This document shows positions 9,547 through 19,914 of a DNA stretch of 64,000 nucleotides, piece by piece. Each line of letters opens with the position of its first letter. Within the stretch, counting starts at the first letter, position 1. Source of the stretch: Gammaproteobacteria bacterium (GTDB lineage Bacteria > Pseudomonadota > Gammaproteobacteria > Eutrophobiales > Eutrophobiaceae); contig OZ244905.1 of assembly GCA_965221695.1 (NCBI GenBank), forward strand, positions 2,496,001 to 2,560,000. Reading direction: 5' to 3'. Below the pieces are notes generated by a model. That model saw only the letters and a list, made by a program, of their open reading frames with translations, was not told the origin of the DNA and ran no database searches. The position numbers and the translations under genes are program-made.

Positions 9547-11600
9547 GTTATCGACTGGGTGTTGATGTAGGCGGCACTTTCACCGACCTGTTGCTGATAG
9601 ATGAGCAGAGCGGCGCGACATTTACCGCCAAGGTGCCGTCCACGCCGGAAGACTCCTCGATCGGGGCGCTGAACGGCATTGCGCGGATTTGTGACACACA
9701 CAATATCGACGCCGGTAAAATCTCCCGGGTAATGCACGGCACCACCGTCGCGACCAATGCCGTTCTCACCGGGCGCGGCGCCAGGGTGGGCCTGGTCACG
9801 ACCAAGGGTTTCCGCCAGGTTCTGCAGGTGGCGCGCTCATTTTGTCCGGGTGGTCTGGGCGGCTGGGTCAGTTACGTGAAGAAGCCGCTGCTGGCCCCGC
9901 TGGAGTTGACCATAGAAGCGGATGAGCGGATCGATGCCCAAGGCAATATCATAAGGGAACTGGACGAGGCGGCGCTGAGACGGGACCTGCAAACATTGCA
10001 CGCCAGGGGAGAGGTGGAGTCGCTGACCATCTGCCTGATTAACGCCTACATCAACGATGAGAACGAGCGCCGCGCAGAGGCCGTCGCCGGCGAGGTTTTC
10101 TCTGATATTCCAATCTCCATATCCAGCAAGGTCGTGCCCGAGATGCAGGAGTACGAGCGCGCTGAAACCACGGTCGTTAACGCCTATGTCCGACCGGAGG
10201 TCTCAAACTATATCAATAACCTGCAGGCCGCGCTCGCCGAGCGTATGGGCAGCGACGTTATCCTGTCCATTCTGCGTTCTGACGGCGGACTGGCCTCGGG
10301 CCGGGCGGCGACGCAATCGCCGGTGAACATGCTGATGTCCGGACCTGCCGGCGGCGTGACTGGCGCGCTGTATTTTTGCAGCCGCGCAGGCTACGACAAC
10401 ATCCTGACGTTTGATATGGGCGGCACATCGACGGATGTGGCGCTGATTCAGAATGGCAAAGCGCTGATCAGGCGGGAAACCATCGTCGGCGATGTGCGCG
10501 TCAGGGCGCCGTCGGTCGATGTGCGCACCGTGGGCGCCGGCGGCGGTTCCATCGCTTTTGTCCCGGAGCTGACCCGCGCGCTGCGTGTCGGGCCGCAATC
10601 CGCCGGGGCTGTTCCCGGTCCGGCCGCATACATGAAGGGTGGCGAGGAACCCACGGTGTGTGACGCCAACGTGGTGTTGGGGTATCTACCCGCGGATGCG
10701 CAACTGGGCGGCGCGATGGCGATAAATAAATCCGCGGCGGAGGCTGCGGTGCAAAAATTGGCCGACGCGATGGGGATCGATCTGATGGAGGCTGCCGAAG
10801 GTATCATCAAAATCGTCAATGAATCCATGTTCGGCGCACTGCGGCTGGTGTCCGTGGAACAGGGCTATGACCCCAGGGATTTCTCTCTGGTCGGTTTCGG
10901 CGGCGCCGGACCCCTGCACGCCAACGCCCTGGGAATCCTGACAGGCTCCTGGCCGGTGATCATCCCACCCGGCCCCGGTGTGCTGTGCGCTTACGGCGAC
11001 GCGACCACCCGAGTCCAGGATGAAGCGGCGCGCACCTATATCGCGATGGCGGAGGAAACCGGCGCGGACAACCTGTTACAGGACCTGGAAGCCTTGCGCG
11101 AACGCGCGTCCGAATCTCTGGTTGCAGACGGGGTCGTGCAGCAGGACCTGGAGGCGCTTTACCAGGTGGACCTGCGTTACACCGGACAGGCGTACCAGAT
11201 CACACTGGATTTTACCGCCGAGGAACTGGCTGAAAGCGGCATTCTCAGCCTGACCAGGCGCTTTGATGCCGAACACAAGCGCTTGTTCACATTCGACCTG
11301 GGCGAAGGCCATGAAATCGTCATGATACGCGCCATCGTCAGGGTCAAACAGAAAGACCTGGCCGAACTGGATACCAGCAGCACACAGACCCGGCTGGAAG
11401 ACTGCAGGATTCGCGACAGCCGCTATTATTACGAGGGCGCATGGCATGAGGCCGCTATCTATGCACGGGAAAAACTGCATGAAGGACTGGTGGTGCCGGG
11501 CCCGGCAATCATCGCCGAAATGGATTCCACGACCCTGATACTGCCCGGCTTCCATGCGGCGGTGGACGCTTTGGGCAACCTCATTATCCAGCCCGAATAA
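9543..11600 (+). CDS. Hydantoinase/oxoprolinase family subunit A (ATP-binding)
   Basis: 'LGVDVGGTFTD', 'HGTTVATNA', 'SGPAGG', 'DMGGTSTDV', 'GAGGGS', 'FGGAGPLH'. Confidence 0.92.
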   Translation: MSYRLGVDVGGTFTDLLLIDEQSGATFTAKVPSTPEDSSIGALNGIARICDTHNIDAGKISRVMHGTTVATNAVLTGRGARVGLVTTKGFRQVLQVARSFCPGGLGGWVSYVKKPLLAPLELTIEADERIDAQGNIIRELDEAALRRDLQTLHARGEVESLTICLINAYINDENERRAEAVAGEVFSDIPISISSKVVPEMQEYERAETTVVNAYVRPEVSNYINNLQAALAERMGSDVILSILRSDGGLASGRAATQSPVNMLMSGPAGGVTGALYFCSRAGYDNILTFDMGGTSTDVALIQNGKALIRRETIVGDVRVRAPSVDVRTVGAGGGSIAFVPELTRALRVGPQSAGAVPGPAAYMKGGEEPTVCDANVVLGYLPADAQLGGAMAINKSAAEAAVQKLADAMGIDLMEAAEGIIKIVNESMFGALRLVSVEQGYDPRDFSLVGFGGAGPLHANALGILTGSWPVIIPPGPGVLCAYGDATTRVQDEAARTYIAMAEETGADNLLQDLEALRERASESLVADGVVQQDLEALYQVDLRYTGQAYQITLDFTAEELAESGILSLTRRFDAEHKRLFTFDLGEGHEIVMIRAIVRVKQKDLAELDTSSTQTRLEDCRIRDSRYYYEGAWHEAAIYAREKLHEGLVVPGPAIIAEMDSTTLILPGFHAAVDALGNLIIQPE

Positions 11601-11618
11601 CCGAACAGGACAACAGCG

Positions 11619-13469
11619 ATGGCCGGCAAAATTATCGAGCAGAACACGAGTCCGTTGGAACGCGTCCCGGTTGATACCGTAACGGTGGACATCATTGAGA
11701 ATGCGCTGCGCAACGTGCGCGTGGAGATGGACGCGGTACTGTTCCGCACTGCGATGTCGCCCGGCATCCGCGAGCAGGGCGACTGTTTCCCGATGGTGGC
11801 GAACCGGGATGGCAAGATGGTGGTCGGCCAGTTCGGCTCATTCATCCACGGGCTGATGGAAGCCTACGACGGGACCATCGAAGAGGGCGACATTATCCTT
11901 ACCAATGACCCGTACCGATGCGGGGCGGCGGTGTCCCACTTGCCGGATTGGATAGTACTGACGCCCATCTTCAAGGATCACAGACACATCGCCTGGTCGG
12001 CGATGTTCGGGCATATGTCGGATAACGGCGGGATGACGCCGGGAAGTATCCCGGTGCAGGCAACGACGATTTTTCAGGAAGGCATTCGCATCCCCCCGAC
12101 AAAGCTGTATCGCAAAGGCGAGTTGCAGTCCGATATGCTGGAACTGATATTGCACAATGTGCGCACGCCGCAATGGAACCGCTTCGACCTGAATGCCCTG
12201 GTTGCTGCCTGCAATACCGCGGCGCGGCGTTGCGTTGAGCTGGCGGAACGCTTCGGCGATGACGTGTTCTACTCCACCATGGAAATGATGCTGGAGCGTA
12301 ACCATGCGGCCATGAAGCAGATCATCGAAATGATCGTGCCGGAAGAACCGCGCAGTTTTGAGGACTACGTCTGTGATGACGGGGTGGGCGGCGGGCCTTA
12401 CAAGATCAAATGCACGCTGTGGCGGGAAGGCTCCCGGGCCATTTTCGATTTTGCCGGCACCGACCGGCAAGCGGACAGCTCAATCAATTTTTTCCTCAGC
12501 GAGGACATGTTCAGGATGTTTTTCGGCGCGTTCACCATCAACCTGTTCGATCCGCAGATCCTGTTCAATGACGGGTTTTACGACCTGGTTGACGTGCGTA
12601 TCCCCCAGGGTTCGCTGTTGAAGCCGAACTACCCTGCGGCGCTGTCCGGCCGCACCCATGCCCTGGGGCGTATTTTTGACGTAATGGGCGGCCTGCTCGG
12701 ACAGGGCGCGCCGGAGGCCTTGAACGCAGCCGGCTTTTCCGACAGCCCGCACCTGTTCTATTCCGGCTATGACGAGAACGGCGAGTGGTTCCAGTTGTTC
12801 CAGATCGGCTTCGGCGGCATCCCCGGACGGCCGGCCGGTGACGGTCCGGACGGCCATTCCCTGTGGCCAGGTTTCACCAACGTGCCGAACGAGTTTATCG
12901 AGGCCTATTTTCCACTGCGCATCGAACAATATGAACCGATAGCCGATTCCGGCGGCGCCGGCCTGCATCGCGGCGGCAACGGCCTGAGCGTGGCCTACCG
13001 GTTCCTCTGCGACGGCGCCATCGCCATCCACGATGAACGCTGGCTGACCTACCCTTGGGGCGTGAACGGCGGCGAGCCGGGGCAGCGTTCCAGCAAGCGC
13101 CTGGCGCGCGCCGATGGTTCCGAAGAGTGGTTGCCGTCCAAGTGCGAAAATGTCGAGGTAAAAGTGGGCGATGTGCTGTATTTCAATACCTGGGGCGGCG
13201 GAGGTTGGGGCGACCCCTACCAGCGCGATGCTGAGATCGTGCGGCTTGATGTCGCCCGCGGCCTGGTCAGCGCCGCCGGCGCAAGACGCTACGGTGTCGC
13301 GCTGAACGATGACGGCAGTGTCGACGAGAAGGCTACTCAAGCACTGCGCGCACGCTTGAGCGCTGACCGGGGCAAGCCGGCCATGTTCAATTTCGGCGGA
13401 ACCATTGAGGAGATCAAGGCCAGGGCACTGGAAGAAACCCACCTGCCGCCGCCACAAGCGCCAGGTTAG
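11619..13469 (+). CDS. Hydantoinase B/oxoprolinase family subunit
   Basis: 'SPGIREQGD', 'TNDPY...HLPD', 'HMSDNGG..PGS', 'QEGIRIPP', 'DSGGAGLHRGG', 'GGGGWGDP'. Confidence 0.92.
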   Translation: MAGKIIEQNTSPLERVPVDTVTVDIIENALRNVRVEMDAVLFRTAMSPGIREQGDCFPMVANRDGKMVVGQFGSFIHGLMEAYDGTIEEGDIILTNDPYRCGAAVSHLPDWIVLTPIFKDHRHIAWSAMFGHMSDNGGMTPGSIPVQATTIFQEGIRIPPTKLYRKGELQSDMLELILHNVRTPQWNRFDLNALVAACNTAARRCVELAERFGDDVFYSTMEMMLERNHAAMKQIIEMIVPEEPRSFEDYVCDDGVGGGPYKIKCTLWREGSRAIFDFAGTDRQADSSINFFLSEDMFRMFFGAFTINLFDPQILFNDGFYDLVDVRIPQGSLLKPNYPAALSGRTHALGRIFDVMGGLLGQGAPEALNAAGFSDSPHLFYSGYDENGEWFQLFQIGFGGIPGRPAGDGPDGHSLWPGFTNVPNEFIEAYFPLRIEQYEPIADSGGAGLHRGGNGLSVAYRFLCDGAIAIHDERWLTYPWGVNGGEPGQRSSKRLARADGSEEWLPSKCENVEVKVGDVLYFNTWGGGGWGDPYQRDAEIVRLDVARGLVSAAGARRYGVALNDDGSVDEKATQALRARLSADRGKPAMFNFGGTIEEIKARALEETHLPPPQAPG

Positions 13470-13501
13470 CAGTCATTCAATATGAACTTGTCTGACAGCA
13501 C

Positions 13502-13598
13502 GTCCCATTCCCGCAACTGCGGGAATCCAGTGGACAACAAAACTCCTTATATGAAAGCTTTGCTGACTGGATTCCCGTTTCCATTGCGGGAATGGTAG
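13502..13598. repeat. Family B REPIN-like doublet
   Basis: CCATTCCCGCAACTGCGGGAATCCAGT ... ACTGGATTCCCGTTTCCATTGCGGGAATGG form an inverted pair. Confidence 0.75.
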
Positions 13599-13600
13599 TA

Positions 13601-14866
13601 GTGAATACGTCTACAAGATCGATGCGGAGAACGGCGCTGGCATTGCTGTTCCTGGTGTCATTCTTCAATTACATGGACCGTTACATGCTGGCCGTGCTGC
13701 TGCCGGCGATCAAGGCCGACCTGGGTTTGAGCGATACGCAGATCGGCTTCATCACCGGCCTCGCGTTTACCCTGTTCTATGTCACCATGGGCATTCCCAT
13801 TGCGCGCCTGGCCGACCGCTATAACCGAAAAAATATCGTTGCGATTGCTCTGTCGGTATGGAGCGCAATGACCGCGCTGTGCGGCCTGGCGCAGAATTTC
13901 GCGCAACTGGCCATTGCCAGGATCATGGTCGGTGTGGGCGAAGCGGGCGCCAGCCCTCCGTCACATTCCCTGATCGCCGACCTGTTTCCCGTAGAACAAC
14001 GCGCCAGGGCGATTTCCATTTTCTCACTGGGCGCGCCGGTCGGGATCTTGATCGGGTTTATGCTGGGAGGCTGGATCACCCAGCTCTACAGTTGGCGCGC
14101 GGCGCTGTTTACCGTCGGCATACCCGGCATCCTGGTCGCGCTGGTAGTGTATCGCAAATTGCACGAACCGGCGCGCGGCGCGGCTGACGGCCTGACGCGC
14201 GCGCCGGCTACACCTCCTTTCTGGTTTTCATTAAAGACGCTGATGGCCAGCCCGACCTTTCGCCACCTGTCGGTCGGCACCGGTTTGTACACGGTGGTCT
14301 GGCTGGGTGTGGTGCAATGGCTGCCGTCTTTTTTCACCCGCTCGTTCGAGTTGGAGATCGGCGTGGTGGGCGCCTGGCTGGCGATCATCCTGAGCGTCTC
14401 CCAGATCATCGGCATGTTGCTGGGCGGCTGGCTGGCGGACCGGCTGGGCGCCACCGATTTGCGCTGGTATGTCTGGGTGCCTTCGCTGGCGATACTGGTA
14501 TCCACACCCATGTTTGCGCTGACCTTCCTGACGCAAAACCCGACGATTGCCTACCTGTCCTTGTTCCTGCCGTTCATGATTGGGGTGATGCAAGGCCCGC
14601 CCAGCTTCGCCGTGGTCCAGGGCCTGGCCGATATAAGAATGCGCGCGATGGCTGCCGCGTTGCTGTTGTTGATCACCAACCTGATAGGCGGCGGCATCGG
14701 CCCCCAGGTGGTGGGTATCATCAGTGATTACCTGGCTGCCGAGCACCACCAGCATTCACTGCGCTATGCGCTGCTGGTGGTCAGCCTGATATTCGGCCTG
14801 TGGTCGTCCCTGCACTATTTCCTGGCAGGCAAGACGATAAGACAGGAGTTCAGGAAGCCAAAATAA
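13601..14866 (+). CDS. MFS transporter (spinster-like)
   Basis: 'FNYMDR', 'GIPIARLADRYNR', 'GVGEAGASPPSHSLIADLF'; start uncertain because ATG 13592 lies inside the repeat. Confidence 0.88.
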   Translation: MNTSTRSMRRTALALLFLVSFFNYMDRYMLAVLLPAIKADLGLSDTQIGFITGLAFTLFYVTMGIPIARLADRYNRKNIVAIALSVWSAMTALCGLAQNFAQLAIARIMVGVGEAGASPPSHSLIADLFPVEQRARAISIFSLGAPVGILIGFMLGGWITQLYSWRAALFTVGIPGILVALVVYRKLHEPARGAADGLTRAPATPPFWFSLKTLMASPTFRHLSVGTGLYTVVWLGVVQWLPSFFTRSFELEIGVVGAWLAIILSVSQIIGMLLGGWLADRLGATDLRWYVWVPSLAILVSTPMFALTFLTQNPTIAYLSLFLPFMIGVMQGPPSFAVVQGLADIRMRAMAAALLLLITNLIGGGIGPQVVGIISDYLAAEHHQHSLRYALLVVSLIFGLWSSLHYFLAGKTIRQEFRKPK

Positions 14867-14966
14867 ACGTTCCTTGTTACCTGCCATTCCCGTAATGGCA
14901 AGCCCGTAGGACAATATCAACCAGCGTTAGCGTTTGGATGGTCATTTTGGTATGTAGAACATCATA

Positions 14967-17111
14967 CTATGCCAGGTCTCTGGGTATGCTGTCTTTCCAC
15001 TCCTGCGAAAAAATGACACTGTCTTTTTCATGCGCCACCAAATCGGTTGTCACATGGAAATGTGTCTGATCCGATGTCAATTCAAAATTTGATCGTGTCT
15101 TGATATCCCAGTCGCCCCTCTTGAGCTCAATGGAGAAATACCCGCTCCAGGCAGAACTGTTGGGGTCGGATTGTTCAATAGTCGACATCCACTCGGATCG
15201 TAATCTCATTTCCGTGCCTATCGCATTAATCAGCAAACCTCCCGAATCGCTGAGGGTACGGACCTGATACCGCCCGTTCTCATCGGGGCCGACTAATTCC
15301 TCTTTATGATCGCCAGCGGCGGTTGGCGTAATGACACTTCGATCATACGGGGCCGGATCGGTAAATTCCAGGTTCTCCAGGTCTTCGGACGCAGCCGGCC
15401 GCTCCGGCAAAACCAGCTTACTCACGCCGGTATGGACCGTGAGTTCCACGGCCTCCGGTGAAGGCCATACCTGGGGCCAGTAACTTTCCGATATCGAAAC
15501 CCTGATCCGATGCCCCTTCTTGAAACGATAGGCGATGACATTCAGCGGTACGTCGACCTGGTAAACATCGCCCGGCAACAACGCTTCGGGTTCCGCATGT
15601 CCATTTCTGTGGGTCAGGTTAAGCAAGCCGGCAGTCACATACCAGGATGAGCCGTCGGGCCGGATTTCATTAAGCCGGACGGCGACCTTCGCAACCGGCT
15701 TATCAACGGAAAACGCCAGTTTCACCACCGGATGGCCACAGATTTCGATGTCCTCAGTGAGCGCGTCAGAGTCGAAGGTCAACGATTTGTTGTCATCATC
15801 CGACTGATCCCGGGGTAATTCCGTTTCCATGTCAAACGGAAGAAAGGCTTGATTGCTGACCCCGACGGTTTGATCCGGCGCCAGGGATATCGCTGTTTCG
15901 GCAGCCGGCATTTCAGCCAGGCCCGCCGCGTTCAAAAAGTAAGTTTTGTCTCTGATCCGGTCCGAGGGCCAGGTCCACTCCCCTACCCAGCGTCCCGGGA
16001 CGGGGTCCGGATACACTTGTCCCGGCACCTTTTCCTGCATATAAACCTGCAGCATGGGTTCATCCATGATGCCTGTATCAATGCCTTTGAGCCAGTGGTC
16101 CCACCAGCGCACTTCCTCATGGAAGAAGCCGATTGCGGGGCCGGGCGCGGCTTCATCGGGAACGTTGTGTCCATGGGGCCCCATCAACCCCTTCCTGGGG
16201 ACACTGAGGTTCTCAAGCAAGCGTGGAACAGTATTTGTGTAGACATCGACAAAGCCGCCGACCGCATAAACCGGACACTTGATCCGGCTGTAGTCCTCAT
16301 TGACAGAACCATGCTGCCAGTACCTGTCGCGGCGCTGGTGGCGCATCCAGTTGTGGGTCACCGGTCCCACGGCCTCCAGGCGTTTCAGCCACTCCTTGCG
16401 CCAACCAGCGCCAAACAACTCCGGGTCAGGGGGCAGGGACAGGACATTCATGAACAATTGTCCCCATTCAAAATTCGCCCGGGCCAGGGAACCGCCGATA
16501 TAGTGGGCATCATCAGTATAACGGTCGTCGGTACTGCCATGCGTGACGATTGCCTTGAGTTCCGGTGGATTAAGGGCTGCAATCTGCAAAGAATTGAATC
16601 CACCCCAGGAAATGCCGCGCATCCCGACCGCCCCCGTGCACCATGGCTGTTGCGCCAACCATTTCAATATCTCGAGACCATCCAGTTGTTCCTGTTTCTC
16701 ATACTCATCCTTGATGATGCCATCAGATTCTCCGGTGCCCCTGATATCCACCCTGACACCCGCGTAGCCGCGCGCCGCGGCATAGACATGCGCAGGTTCT
16801 GACTTGTTGCGGTCCAGGTCGCGCTTGCGGTAGGGAAGATATTCCAACACCGCCGGCACCGGGGATGCTTCGGCATTCGTGGGCAACCAGATCCTGGCCG
16901 CCAGCCGTCTGCCGTCCGGCAACGGGATCCAGGTATGCTCAATGTTGCGTATGGCCAGCTCTTCCCTGAGTCTGGCGGCGCGTTTTTTGTCTGACGGTGA
17001 AGATTGGCCGCACGCGCCCAGCACAGTAAGCGAAGCCAGGGCCAGCGCCGATTTTAACAGCGCCCGCCTTGAATGAAGATGTTTGCTTATATCTGAACGG
17101 TAGTCTGCCAT
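14967..17111 (-). CDS. CocE/NonD family serine hydrolase, predicted Tat lipoprotein
   Basis: 'SRRALLK...LGAC' Tat motif and lipobox; 'LEYLPYRK', 'DIRGTGESDG', 'GISWGG'. Confidence 0.88.
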   Translation of the reverse strand: MADYRSDISKHLHSRRALLKSALALASLTVLGACGQSSPSDKKRAARLREELAIRNIEHTWIPLPDGRRLAARIWLPTNAEASPVPAVLEYLPYRKRDLDRNKSEPAHVYAAARGYAGVRVDIRGTGESDGIIKDEYEKQEQLDGLEILKWLAQQPWCTGAVGMRGISWGGFNSLQIAALNPPELKAIVTHGSTDDRYTDDAHYIGGSLARANFEWGQLFMNVLSLPPDPELFGAGWRKEWLKRLEAVGPVTHNWMRHQRRDRYWQHGSVNEDYSRIKCPVYAVGGFVDVYTNTVPRLLENLSVPRKGLMGPHGHNVPDEAAPGPAIGFFHEEVRWWDHWLKGIDTGIMDEPMLQVYMQEKVPGQVYPDPVPGRWVGEWTWPSDRIRDKTYFLNAAGLAEMPAAETAISLAPDQTVGVSNQAFLPFDMETELPRDQSDDDNKSLTFDSDALTEDIEICGHPVVKLAFSVDKPVAKVAVRLNEIRPDGSSWYVTAGLLNLTHRNGHAEPEALLPGDVYQVDVPLNVIAYRFKKGHRIRVSISESYWPQVWPSPEAVELTVHTGVSKLVLPERPAASEDLENLEFTDPAPYDRSVITPTAAGDHKEELVGPDENGRYQVRTLSDSGGLLINAIGTEMRLRSEWMSTIEQSDPNSSAWSGYFSIELKRGDWDIKTRSNFELTSDQTHFHVTTDLVAHEKDSVIFSQEWKDSIPRDLA

Positions 17112-17525
17112 GATTCAGAATCCCAGTTCCGGCTCTACTCCGATTTCACCTGGTTGGCCGGTATAAAAAACACCGTGAAGATATAGACCGACTACATTTA
17201 ACATCTTGGGTATCCCCCCAAAGAAGACTGTTTCATAGATAGTATTGTGCGGGGATATACGTAAATTAGGGAAACGGGCGAAATTTTTAATATTAAGGTT
17301 AAAAATCGAAGAATTAACCCGAAAACCAATCAATTGATGCGATGATCGTTGCGGATTTGTACGTCAGTACGCGGGCGCTCGTGACCGAAATAGATAATTG
17401 AACGCTTACCGGTATACAGTTGACCCGGAAATTAAGCTGGAAGAGTAGATGAAACCGGAAGAATGGCTAATCATTTTGCTGGGACTGAACGCTGAAGAGA
17501 TAATTTTCAGAGGAGCTATATCATC

Positions 17526-19808
17526 ATGTTTAATTTGAAAAATGGCATTTCTCACGTCGCATTGGCCGGCGCTTCGCTGGCTTCGATAATTACCTTTTCT
17601 GTATTTCCATTACCGGGTTATGCAGAGATCGAAGAGGTAGTAGTGACCGCAAACAGGCGCGGCGCGGCAACGCTCCAGGACATTCCGTTGTCGGTTTCTG
17701 CCGTGTCTGCGGAAGATATTGTAAGCTCCGGCGTAGGCAGTATTGTTGATTTTGTGAAGAGTGTGCCGTCAGTCAATATCATTCAGCGGGGACCAGGGCA
17801 GACTCAGACTACGATTCGCGGCATTGCCAATGGATACTTTCAGCCCACTGAAACCGCAGACCGACCGCTAACCGCAATTTATCTGGATGATGTGCCTATT
17901 TCCATTCAGGGCGCAACGCCGGATTTAAAAGTTGTTGATTTTGAACGAGTAGAGATTCTGCGCGGTCCTCAGGGGACTCTGTACGGCGCAGGCTCAATGG
18001 CAGGAACCATACGTTACATAACGAAAAAGCCGGATTCCGAACAATTCAGCGGTCAAATTCAGGGTGTCTTGTCTGAAGTTGCGGATTCGGACGACATGGG
18101 TTGGAATGTAAGCGGGTCAGTCAATATTCCAATCACTGACTCAGTCGCGTTCCTGGGATCCGTGTATCAAGGCGAAGATGCCGGATTTATCGACAATGTG
18201 GGAACCGGAAAGGATGACGCGAACACTGTCGAAACTACCCAGGTGCGCGGCGCACTAAGATTTACTGGTATTGAAAGTGTAACGCTGGATGCGAGTATCA
18301 TTTATTCGAACGTAGAGGCTGACGGGAACACCAATGCTTATTTTGGCACAGGTACTGATGACAGGATAATCGAGACGATTACTCCCGAAGGCTATGAAGA
18401 TGATTTTCTGCTGGTAAATATCACGGCGGAGATCGATATTGCCGGGATGACACTGGTGTCATCCACAGGCTATATCGATCGCGAAATGGAGGTTCGTCCT
18501 ACGGGGAACTTTGAAAACCTTATCGGTAACAATTTGCCATTGCGGCAAAACGATTCATTACTTACTAATGAAATTGAAACCTTTACACAGGAAATTCGTT
18601 TGCTGTCTCCCCAGGAAAATCAGTTAACCTGGCAATTGGGCGCATTCTATGAAGATACTGAACGTCTTTATGACCAGGTGAATATCGCTCCAGGATTAGA
18701 CGCGGTAACCGAATTGGCCTCGGTCTTTTTCTTCGGCGCCGACTCGCCTGATACCATATTCTTTGGACAACATGTCATTGATGAACAGCAACTGGCTGTT
18801 TTTGTTGACGCCAATTTCAAGTTTAACGACCAATGGAACCTGTCTGCCGGCACTCGTTATTTTGATTTTGAGCAGGATTTCGAGCTCTCCTTCAGTGGTC
18901 TGGCGGGTTCGTCGTTTCTCCCCAACCCAAACGCACCACCGGTGTTTTTACCCTTAACAAATGCCGGGAATCCCAAGGAAGATGGCTTTACCTACCGGGT
19001 GAATCTTTCTTATGCGCCCAATGACGATCTACTCCTGTTTGCTGAAGTCTCTGAAGGCTTCAGGTATGGAGCAGTGAACGAACCTGTGGCATCGAATTTC
19101 TGTAATGGACTGACTGGCCCCGTCTCATTTGGATCCGATGAACTCACCAACTATGCCCTGGGCGCCAAAAGTCAATTGGCTGACCAGAGAGTTACGCTTA
19201 ATGCAACGGTATTTTTTATTGACTGGACTGATGTGCAGTCACAGTTTGCACTGGATTGCGGCTATTACTACCGCGTTAATGAAGGCACCGTCCACAGCGC
19301 AGGTGTCGAGTTGGAAACTTCGTTCCAGGTAACTGAAAATTGGATGGTAGGACTGAATTCCAGTTATACCAATGCCGAAGCCCAGGATGATGTCTTTTCC
19401 CCGGGCGCATTTGGTCCTCCGGGGGTGGTGGCGCTGGACGGGCAAAAAGCGCCATTGTTTCCTGAGTGGATTGCCTCGTTTCACACGGAATACACGGTAC
19501 CTCTCGCCATTGGTGGAGGTGGAGATTTGACCTTCAGAGGGGATATTCAGTATCGCGATGAATACGGTAATATATTTGCCACGGGTAACAGACTGTATAG
19601 AGTGACCCCGAGTCAAACACTGCTGAACGCTTCCGTGAATTATGTAACGGCGCGCTGGGAAGTTGGCCTGTTTGGCGCCAACTTAACAGATAGCAACAAC
19701 GTAGCGATTATCATTGGCAATCCCGGAGGCGCATTTCCAGGGTATGAAGACAGCCGTTTCCACGGCAGCCCGAGGACTATTGGTATACGAGGGAGGGTAA
19801 ATTTTTAA
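17526..19808 (+). CDS. TonB-dependent receptor
   Basis: TonB box 'IEEVVVTA', 'ERVEILRGPQGTLYG', C-terminal F. Confidence 0.92.
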   Translation: MFNLKNGISHVALAGASLASIITFSVFPLPGYAEIEEVVVTANRRGAATLQDIPLSVSAVSAEDIVSSGVGSIVDFVKSVPSVNIIQRGPGQTQTTIRGIANGYFQPTETADRPLTAIYLDDVPISIQGATPDLKVVDFERVEILRGPQGTLYGAGSMAGTIRYITKKPDSEQFSGQIQGVLSEVADSDDMGWNVSGSVNIPITDSVAFLGSVYQGEDAGFIDNVGTGKDDANTVETTQVRGALRFTGIESVTLDASIIYSNVEADGNTNAYFGTGTDDRIIETITPEGYEDDFLLVNITAEIDIAGMTLVSSTGYIDREMEVRPTGNFENLIGNNLPLRQNDSLLTNEIETFTQEIRLLSPQENQLTWQLGAFYEDTERLYDQVNIAPGLDAVTELASVFFFGADSPDTIFFGQHVIDEQQLAVFVDANFKFNDQWNLSAGTRYFDFEQDFELSFSGLAGSSFLPNPNAPPVFLPLTNAGNPKEDGFTYRVNLSYAPNDDLLLFAEVSEGFRYGAVNEPVASNFCNGLTGPVSFGSDELTNYALGAKSQLADQRVTLNATVFFIDWTDVQSQFALDCGYYYRVNEGTVHSAGVELETSFQVTENWMVGLNSSYTNAEAQDDVFSPGAFGPPGVVALDGQKAPLFPEWIASFHTEYTVPLAIGGGGDLTFRGDIQYRDEYGNIFATGNRLYRVTPSQTLLNASVNYVTARWEVGLFGANLTDSNNVAIIIGNPGGAFPGYEDSRFHGSPRTIGIRGRVNF

Positions 19809-19830
19809 GCCCTTACCGGATGCGGCGTGA

Positions 19831-19885
19831 TTAACACCATTATTCACGCCATAATATTGTTAATTTCGGCGTGAATAAGTGTTAA
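19831..19885. repeat. TTAA-flanked inverted repeat between convergent genes (MITE relic and/or terminator)
   Basis: TTAA-CAC(CA)TTATTCACGCC-N17-GGCGTGAATAAGTG-TTAA. Confidence 0.55.
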
Positions 19886-19914
19886 AGGTGAAGAGTACAG
19901 TAACAGCCAGTTAT

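Noticed and set aside
17115-17333. 72-aa ORF between the cocE-like gene and the TBDR
   Set aside because: No RBS or motif; AT-rich divergent promoter region
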